Source: Candidatus Omnitrophota bacterium
Lineage (GTDB): Bacteria > Omnitrophota > Gorgyraeia > B26-G9
Direction: 5' to 3'
Assembly (NCBI GenBank): GCA_043805415.1
Contig: JAZDHZ010000045.1
Coordinates: forward strand, 26,490-90,489
DNA length: 64,000 nucleotides
Below, in pieces: positions 58,589 to 64,000 of the stretch. Both the position numbers and the translations under genes were made by a program. Under the pieces are notes generated by a model that made no database searches, was not told where the DNA came from, and was given only the letters and a program-made list of their open reading frames with translations. Each line of letters begins with the position of its first letter. Positions within the stretch are counted from its first letter, which is position 1.

Positions 58589-58945
58589 TTATCGCATACT
58601 GCCATCAGGCATTAAATTTTCCGGCGGCGTTGTTTTAGTTTTGCGCAACCTAAATCGAGCGCAATTAGCAAACTTGTTCGATAGACACCAATCATTTGTG
58701 ATTTTAATAAAATTTTCAAAATCAGTATTCTTGAAATATTTGCACATATCGCAACTAATAAAGCCTGGGCAATATTGTTTAGGATTGTCTGAAAATTTAA
58801 AAAAAGGACAATTAACATGATTCGCGGACACGCAGAAGCGTACAGTAGTGTTTATTTCCCTGGAGACATTGCCAAATACTTCCGCACACTCTCTAACATA
58901 GTCAACATACATAGGGCAAAATTCTTCTTTTTCTAAATTTTCCAT
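58589..58945 (-). CDS. cysteine-rich hypothetical protein (118 aa, 11 Cys)
   Basis: ORF begins immediately after the stop of the truncated carbonic anhydrase remnant; no family recognised. Confidence 0.4.
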   Translation of the reverse strand: MENLEKEEFCPMYVDYVRECAEVFGNVSREINTTVRFCVSANHVNCPFFKFSDNPKQYCPGFISCDMCKYFKNTDFENFIKITNDWCLSNKFANCARFRLRKTKTTPPENLMPDGSMR

Positions 58946-58979
58946 TTTTTCCTTGTTTGAATTATTAATAATATTATTA

Positions 58980-59213
58980 TCAGCAGTTTAGATCTGTATG
59001 AATGACCAAATTAGCAATATTCCAGTGAACAAATACTTTTCCTGGAGGTAAATCTATAATCTGATTAGCCGGCACACGGCTATCTGAACAGCCAATCCAG
59101 AGGTATTCAGGGTTTTGCTGTAAGGAAAGATTTGCAAAAAAATCAGGGGCAGAGGCTTTTAATTTATTGGCCCATTGCTTATTTTTCTCTAAAAGATGTT
59201 TTAAAACGCGCAC
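58980..59213 (-). pseudogene. can: beta-class carbonic anhydrase 5' remnant (N-terminal 77 codons only)
   Basis: EYLWIGCSDSRVPANQI...[19 protein letters not shown] closely matches the beta-CA N-terminus (E. coli Can ...[21 protein letters not shown]...). It then hits TGA TAA and AT-rich non-coding sequence. The HxxCGG zinc-ligand block is missing. Confidence 0.65.
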
Positions 59214-59349
59214 AGATATCCTTTTGAAGTTTTTACATATAAAATTTTAACCTGAATGCAATATAAAAGCAGACAGTGAGCTTATTTTTTATATTCTAAA
59301 GGGTTTGAGCTTAAATGTCGAGTGAAAATTGTGAAGGCATTTTAAACAG

Positions 59350-59378
59350 TTGATTTCTTTTTAAAACATAGATAGTAT
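59350..59378 (+). promoter_or_regulatory. sigma70-like promoter (TTGATT, 17 nt spacer, TAGTAT) for trxB
   Basis: -35 at 59350-59355 and -10 at 59373-59378; GGAGG SD at 59393-59397. Confidence 0.45.
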
Positions 59379-59407
59379 ATATATCAGATATCGGAGGAAA
59401 AAGAAAA

Positions 59408-60325
59408 ATGAACTTCCCGAGCTACGATCTTATTATTGTCGGCGCTGGCCCCAGCGGAATGACAGCAGCTGTGTATGCAGCACGCAAAAAAATGAATTTT
59501 ATTCTCATGTCAATTGATATCGGCGGCCAGGCAGCCTGGAGCGGAGATATTGAAAATTACACAAGTTATCAGTTTATTTCCGGCCCGGAACTTTCTTTAA
59601 AATTTCATGAACATATCAGCGCCTTTGGCATAGAAGTTCTGATGCCTGAGGCAGTAAGAGATATAATTAAACAGCAAAACCTAATACAGGTTAAAACAGC
59701 TAAATCTGAATATACAGCCAAAAGCATTATTATTGCTACTGGTAAGCGGCCAAAACAATTGAATGTTGAAGGCGAGAATAAATACAAAAATAAAGGTCTT
59801 ACTTATTGTGCTACATGTGACGGACCTATCTTTAAAGGTAAAAAAGTTGCGGTTATCGGCGGCGGTAATTCAGCGCTTGATGCGGTAATGCAGCTTAATA
59901 AAATCTCTCCAAAAGTGTATCTTATCAGCAATAATAGAAAACTTACGGGTGATCCAATCATGGTAGAAAAAATAAATTCATTTTCAAATGTGGAAATAAT
60001 CTATAATTCCAGACCAACAAAAATAAGCGGCGAGACATTTGTCAAATCTTTATCAGTTAAGCAGCAGGATAAAGAATTTGATATAGATGTCGAAGGAATA
60101 TTTGTTGAAATCGGACTTATTCCTAATTCAGAATGCGCCTCAATCCTCGCGAAGAATAAAAAAGGAGAGATAATCGTTGACTCCCATAATCAGACCAATG
60201 TCGAAGGTATATTTGCCGCGGGGGATGTGACTGATATTCCTGAGAAGCAAATTATTATTGCCTGTGGGGAAGGGGCTAAAGCCTGTTTGTCCTGTTTCCA
60301 TTATTTATCAACTCATAATTTTTAG
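59408..60325 (+). CDS. trxB: thioredoxin reductase (FAD/NAD(P) pyridine nucleotide-disulfide oxidoreductase)
   Basis: GAGPSG FAD motif, CATCDG redox-active disulfide, and GGGNSA NADPH motif. Confidence 0.75.
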   Translation: MNFPSYDLIIVGAGPSGMTAAVYAARKKMNFILMSIDIGGQAAWSGDIENYTSYQFISGPELSLKFHEHISAFGIEVLMPEAVRDIIKQQNLIQVKTAKSEYTAKSIIIATGKRPKQLNVEGENKYKNKGLTYCATCDGPIFKGKKVAVIGGGNSALDAVMQLNKISPKVYLISNNRKLTGDPIMVEKINSFSNVEIIYNSRPTKISGETFVKSLSVKQQDKEFDIDVEGIFVEIGLIPNSECASILAKNKKGEIIVDSHNQTNVEGIFAAGDVTDIPEKQIIIACGEGAKACLSCFHYLSTHNF

Positions 60326-60347
60326 AAAATTTAAATATTTATTAAGC

Positions 60348-60376
60348 TTGACATAATGACACCAATATGGTATCAT
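60348..60376 (+). promoter_or_regulatory. near-consensus sigma70 promoter (TTGACA, 17 nt spacer, TATCAT) driving the nrdJ leader
   Basis: TTGACA at 60348-60353 and TATCAT at 60371-60376. Confidence 0.6.
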
Positions 60377-60438
60377 TTAAATAGTGAACAATGACTTTTA
60401 ACCGAAAGGTAGATTTACCAAACAAAGAGGAGGTATAT

Positions 60439-60519
60439 ATGTGTGTTCTAAAATATATGCTACGTCCGATTACACATTGTAAAGAGGGCTGTAGTATGGT
60501 GTCCTGGGCAAGACGCTAA
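60439..60519 (+). CDS. 26-codon upstream ORF (candidate leader peptide MCVLKYMLRPITHCKEGCSMVSWARR) in the nrdJ 5' leader
   Basis: Strongest SD in the region (AAAGAGGAGG, 60424-60433) 5 nt upstream of the ATG. The stop codon lies in the loop of the downstream terminator hairpin. Confidence 0.4.
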   Translation: MCVLKYMLRPITHCKEGCSMVSWARR

Positions 60520-60543
60520 ACTGCCCATTTTTATTTTATTTTG
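60505..60543 (+). terminator. intrinsic terminator/attenuator hairpin plus U-tract between the uORF and the nrdJ start
   Basis: TGGGCA-AGACGCTAAAC-TGCCCA stem-loop followed by TTTTTATTTTATTTTG. The 5' stem arm is inside the uORF coding sequence. Confidence 0.5.
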
Positions 60544-60582
60544 TTTGGGTGCCTATGGTTTATCATAAGAAAGGTAAGAATA

Positions 60583-62865
60583 ATGGATATTGCATTAAAT
60601 AAGGATGTTAATTCAAGCATTACGGATAATGCCAGGAAAGTTCTAGAAAAACGCTATCTTAAAAAAGATAACAATGGAAATCCTACGGAATCATTTTCTG
60701 ATCTTATAAATCGTGTGGCCACCACCTTAGCCCAAGCAGATAAATTGTATAATAACAAAGCAGATACTAAAAAAACCGCTGAAGAATTTTATGCGATTAT
60801 GCATAATTTAGAGTTTTTGCCTAATTCGCCTACGCTGATGAATGCGGGAAGGGATTTAGGGCAGTTGTCTGCCTGCTTTGTTCTTCCGATCGAAGACTCC
60901 ATGGAGTCAATATTTGAAACCATAAAAGACGCGGCGCTTATCCATAAAAGCGGAGGCGGTACTGGATTTAGCTTTTCCAGGATAAGGTCTAAAAATAGCG
61001 CAGTGAAAAGTACAGGCGGCATTGCTAGTGGCCCGATTTCTTTTTTAAAGGTTTTTGATTCTGCGACTCAGGCGGTAAAACAAGGAGGCACAAGACGCGG
61101 TGCGAATATGGGGATCCTGCGTGTAGACCATCCAGATATAATGGAATTTATCAGTTGCAAGGAAAACGATGCAGCGATTGCTAATTTTAATATTTCAGTT
61201 GGATTGACGGAAGAATTTATGAGCAAGGTAGAGAAAAAACAGGATTATTGGACTATTGATCCAAGAACAGAGGAAAAAATAGAAAAGTTAAGCGCGGAAA
61301 AAGTGTTTCATAAAATAACTGATATGGCCTATAAAAACGGTGAGCCAGGAATTGTTTTCTTAGATCGGATGAACCAGGATAATCCTACACCTTTGCAGGG
61401 AGAAATTGAATCAACAAATCCTTGCGGAGAACAACCTCTCCTGCCTTATGAAAGCTGCAACCTGGGGTCTGTAAACCTTGCTAAGATGGTTAAGAACCAA
61501 AAAATAGATTGGGAAAGAATCAGGCAGGTTGTGCATATTGGAGTACATTGTTTGGATAATGTAATTGATATTAATAAGTTTCCGCTGGAAAAAATAAAAC
61601 AGCAGACTCTTAAGAATCGAAAAATCGGGCTTGGGGTTATGGGCTTTGCTGATATGCTGATTGATCTTGGGATTGCTTATAATTCTGAGTTAGGTTTGCA
61701 AACAGCAGAAAATGTGATGAAGTTCATCCTTGATGAGGCAACAAAAGCATCTGAGGCTTTGGCTAAAGAACGCGGCACAGCTCCAGCATATGAGGAAAGT
61801 ATCTATAACAAACCAGGTAATCCTAAGCTTAGGAATCTCAGTTTAACGACCGTTGCGCCAACCGGAACATTAAGTATTATCGCAGATTGCTCCAGCGGGG
61901 TTGAACCTTTGTTTGCGCTTGCCTATTATCGAAAAGTAATGGATGATGATAATTTGCCTGAATTTAATAAGTGTCTTGAGCGAGTGGCAAAAGAAAAAGA
62001 GTTTTATTCTGAAAAATTAGTAAAAGAATTGGCTGAAAACGGTTCTTTGAAAGATATCAATGGAGTTCCAGAGCAGATTAAAAATATTTTTGTTACTTCG
62101 CATGATATTTCTCCAGAATGGCATATTAAAATGCAGGCAGCGTTTCAAAAATATACGAATAATGCGGTTTCCAAAACCATTAACTTTCCAGAGCAGGCTA
62201 CGCTAGAAGACATTCGCAGCGCGTATACGCTTGCTTATAAGCTGGGCTGCAAGGGGCTGACTATATACCGGAATAATAGCAGAAAAGAGCAGGTTTTGAA
62301 TTTATCAAGCAACAAAACTGAAGGGATTAAGGTATTGCCAGTTAAGATTGGGCCCAGACCAAGGCCAAAAGTTGTATTTGGCACAACGACAAAATTAAGT
62401 ACGGGTTGTGGCAATCTATATGTAACTATAAATGAAGATAATAAAGGCCGGCCTTTTGAAGTGTTTATGCAGATGGGCAAAGCCGGAGGATGCGCCATGA
62501 GTCAGCTTGAGGCAATAGGCCGCTTAGTGTCTCTTGCTCTGCGCAGTGAAGTTGATGTTAAGCTGATTCTTGAGCAGCTGCGCGGTATCAGGTGTCCGTC
62601 TCCTAGCTGGGGGCAGGGCGGTAGGATTCTTTCCTGCTCTGATGCGATTGCGCGGGCTATTGAGCAAAAGCTTTCAAGTGTAAAAGAATCTGCTCAAAAG
62701 CAAGAAAAACTAAATGAGGGTTTTGAGGATATGCAGGCAACTTTGAAAAAAAGTTCTTTGAGTATTTCGAATATTGTGGGGGTATGCCCTGACTGCGGAG
62801 CAGCCTTGCATCACGTAGAAGGTTGTAATGTCTGTACTGGCTGCGGGTATTCTAAATGCGGCTGA
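60583..62865 (+). CDS. nrdJ: adenosylcobalamin-dependent (class II) ribonucleotide reductase
   Basis: No N-terminal ATP cone; class II-type N-terminus (VLEKRYLKKDNNGNPTE...RVA). Conserved RNR core with active-site Cys (TNPCGEQPL). C-terminal CPDCGAALHHVEGCNVCTGCGYSKCG zinc ribbon. The track ORF starts at TTG 60541, but ATG 60583 with GAAAGG upstream is preferred. Confidence 0.85.
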   Translation: MDIALNKDVNSSITDNARKVLEKRYLKKDNNGNPTESFSDLINRVATTLAQADKLYNNKADTKKTAEEFYAIMHNLEFLPNSPTLMNAGRDLGQLSACFVLPIEDSMESIFETIKDAALIHKSGGGTGFSFSRIRSKNSAVKSTGGIASGPISFLKVFDSATQAVKQGGTRRGANMGILRVDHPDIMEFISCKENDAAIANFNISVGLTEEFMSKVEKKQDYWTIDPRTEEKIEKLSAEKVFHKITDMAYKNGEPGIVFLDRMNQDNPTPLQGEIESTNPCGEQPLLPYESCNLGSVNLAKMVKNQKIDWERIRQVVHIGVHCLDNVIDINKFPLEKIKQQTLKNRKIGLGVMGFADMLIDLGIAYNSELGLQTAENVMKFILDEATKASEALAKERGTAPAYEESIYNKPGNPKLRNLSLTTVAPTGTLSIIADCSSGVEPLFALAYYRKVMDDDNLPEFNKCLERVAKEKEFYSEKLVKELAENGSLKDINGVPEQIKNIFVTSHDISPEWHIKMQAAFQKYTNNAVSKTINFPEQATLEDIRSAYTLAYKLGCKGLTIYRNNSRKEQVLNLSSNKTEGIKVLPVKIGPRPRPKVVFGTTTKLSTGCGNLYVTINEDNKGRPFEVFMQMGKAGGCAMSQLEAIGRLVSLALRSEVDVKLILEQLRGIRCPSPSWGQGGRILSCSDAIARAIEQKLSSVKESAQKQEKLNEGFEDMQATLKKSSLSISNIVGVCPDCGAALHHVEGCNVCTGCGYSKCG

Positions 62866-62894
62866 GAATTTTAATAAACTAATTAGCAAAAGGA

Positions 62895-63323
62895 TTGGCC
62901 ATGAAACTTATTACCAAACACACTGATTATGCTATTCGGGCCTTGGGATGTATTGCCAAAAACAAAGACGAATTAATTACGGTTTTTGGTTTATCGGAAA
63001 AATTAGATATGCCTCAGTCTTTTTTAAGAAAAATACTGCAGCGGCTGAATAAAAAAGGCATATTAAAATCATACAAAGGCAAAGGCGGAGGTTTTTTACT
63101 TAATGTTAATCCTCGGAAAATTACAGTTTTTCAACTTATGGAGATATTTCAAGGAGAATTTAAAATAAACGAACATGTTTTTAAAGGTAAAGTTTGCCCG
63201 GTAATAAAAATCTGTTATTTTAAAAAAAAACTGGATATAATAGAAAGCAATTTGAAAAAGCAGCTAGAGTCAATCACAATTGAAAAAATAACAAAACAAG
63301 ATGATTATTTGAGGAAAAAATAA
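62895..63323 (+). CDS. Rrf2-family transcriptional regulator
   Basis: N-terminal Rrf2 wHTH (LITKHTDYAIRALGCIAKNKDELITVFGLSEKLDMPQSFLRKILQRL...GGF). Confidence 0.75.
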   Translation: MAMKLITKHTDYAIRALGCIAKNKDELITVFGLSEKLDMPQSFLRKILQRLNKKGILKSYKGKGGGFLLNVNPRKITVFQLMEIFQGEFKINEHVFKGKVCPVIKICYFKKKLDIIESNLKKQLESITIEKITKQDDYLRKK

Positions 63324-63324
63324 G

Positions 63325-63792
63325 ATGAAAAATAAACTATCAAATTCAATTATAAGTTTAATGAAAAAACAGGGTTTTGTTATTGTCAGCTCGCTTGATG
63401 AACAGGGCAAAATTCATTGTTCAGCAAAAGGCCTTGTGGGAATTGAGCAAGAAAGAGTATTTATAATTGATCTATATAAAGCTGGAACTTATAATAATCT
63501 ATCTAAAAATCCAACGGTTACAATTTCCTTTGTTGATGAGCATAGATTTGAAGGATATGCTTTACAGGGCAAGGCGAAGATTGTTGAAAAAGAGAATATT
63601 AAAGACAGCATAATTGCTGAATGGGAAGATAAAGTGCTGCAAAGAATATCCCAAAGAGTAATTCAGAATTTAAAACAAGGTAAGCCTGGCGCGCATCATC
63701 CTGAGGCTTCATTTCCGCATCCTAAATATCTGATTGAAATTGATATGAAAAAGTTATTGATCTTGCTCCTTCAGTTAGAAAATAAACTCTAG
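63325..63792 (+). CDS. pyridoxamine 5'-phosphate oxidase-like FMN-binding split-barrel protein
   Basis: 155 aa; PNPOx-like pattern (GFVIVSSLDEQGKIHCSAKGL...TISFVD); starts 2 nt after the rrf2 stop. Confidence 0.45.
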   Translation: MKNKLSNSIISLMKKQGFVIVSSLDEQGKIHCSAKGLVGIEQERVFIIDLYKAGTYNNLSKNPTVTISFVDEHRFEGYALQGKAKIVEKENIKDSIIAEWEDKVLQRISQRVIQNLKQGKPGAHHPEASFPHPKYLIEIDMKKLLILLLQLENKL

Positions 63793-63871
63793 AGGAGATA
63801 GAACTAATCTTAATTAAAGGTTGGAATGCAAAAAAGGTTATTGAGAAAAATTTCAGGGTGGATGTTTAAAT

Positions 63872-64000
63872 GGTAGATCTATTTTTGAATTTTATAAATG
63901 AAAGTATTAATCTTTGGATAGAGATGGCGCCTTATCTGCTTTTTGGTATGAGCATGGCAGGCTTATTGCATATTTTTCTGGGTAAGGAACTTATTACCGA
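63872..64000 (+). CDS. predicted permease (DUF318/ArsP-like), 5' portion only; runs off the window
   Basis: MVDLFLNFINESINLWIEMAPYLLFGMSMAGLLHIFLGKEL is a typical N-terminus of the two-repeat permease family. Confidence 0.4.

Noticed and set aside
60380-60545. Cobalamin riboswitch or NrdR boxes in the nrdJ leader
   Set aside because: I looked for the B12 box (GCCACTG-like) and the conserved GGGAA/GGUGA elements and for paired CACnATATATnGTG NrdR boxes. Only loose ATATAT elements about 28 nt apart were found. The evidence is insufficient, so I did not call it. An Rfam scan would settle it.
1-64000. CRISPR arrays, tRNA or rRNA genes, IS elements, integrases or prophage genes
   Set aside because: No regularly spaced direct repeats, no tRNA-like T-loop or acceptor signatures in intergenic regions, and no transposase- or integrase-like ORFs were seen on either strand.

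Overview
This 64 kb window is a compact, AT-rich (about one-third GC) bacterial chromosomal segment with roughly 75 protein-coding genes. I found no rRNA or tRNA genes, no CRISPR array and no obvious transposase or integrase genes. Coding is strongly biased to the + strand, and many genes overlap by 4 nt (ATGA) or by 8 to 29 nt, suggesting tight operons.

The gene content looks like an anaerobic, diderm (Gram-negative-type) organism. It carries CMP-KDO synthetase, an MMPL transporter with a LolA-like protein and an outer-membrane beta-barrel, rubrerythrin, rubredoxin, a flavodiiron protein, several radical SAM enzymes and a B12-dependent class II ribonucleotide reductase. Any phylum assignment beyond that is inference.

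Identifiable blocks:
- A partial DUF362 Fe-S protein and a nucleoside-phosphorylase-family gene at the window start.
- A roughly 1000-aa membrane-anchored coiled-coil protein with a C-terminal TPR region, followed by overlapping fliW-csrA.
- A SecY-like membrane protein with an added C-terminal DUF2007-like domain, located outside any ribosomal-protein context.
- Housekeeping genes: kdsB, pyrE, yjbQ, a PBP5-type D-Ala-D-Ala carboxypeptidase, nth, purH, folC, mnmE, aroK, dprA, cca and rpmB.
- Three tandem SGNH/GDSL-hydrolase paralogs (two fused to TPR repeats), then a DUF89 gene.
- Rhomboid protease, ccdA, and an operon of overlapping genes: TPR, CheC-like phosphatase, DUF151 nuclease, CCA-adding enzyme, radical SAM.
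- A heme-synthesis and system-II cytochrome c maturation cluster (ccsB, an FMN-binding protein, sirC, ccsA, hemA, hemC, cobA-hemD, AhbD/NirJ-like radical SAM) interrupted by a receiver-GAF-HD-GYP regulator.
- trkA-like, a TPR-SpoIID protein, and feoAB with two unknown co-transcribed genes.
- A divergent GT35 (alpha-glucan phosphorylase-like) gene.
- An oxygen-detoxification island: Fur/PerR-family regulator, FNR-like reductase, rubrerythrin, thioredoxin, rubredoxin, flavodiiron protein, erythrin-like, glutaredoxin-like.
- An ArsR-MMPL-LolA-like-OMP-DUF2892 unit.
- A 5'-remnant of a beta-carbonic anhydrase gene, trxB, a class II nrdJ with a leader region containing a strongly translated 26-codon uORF overlapping a terminator hairpin, an Rrf2 regulator and a PNPOx-like protein.

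The most unusual items are the SecY-DUF2007 fusion, the nrdJ leader-peptide/terminator architecture, an in-frame TAA inside an otherwise intact folC, the carbonic-anhydrase remnant, a GT35 homolog that appears to have Arg in place of the PLP-binding Lys, and the palindrome-rich 0.5 kb leader upstream of the giant coiled-coil gene.
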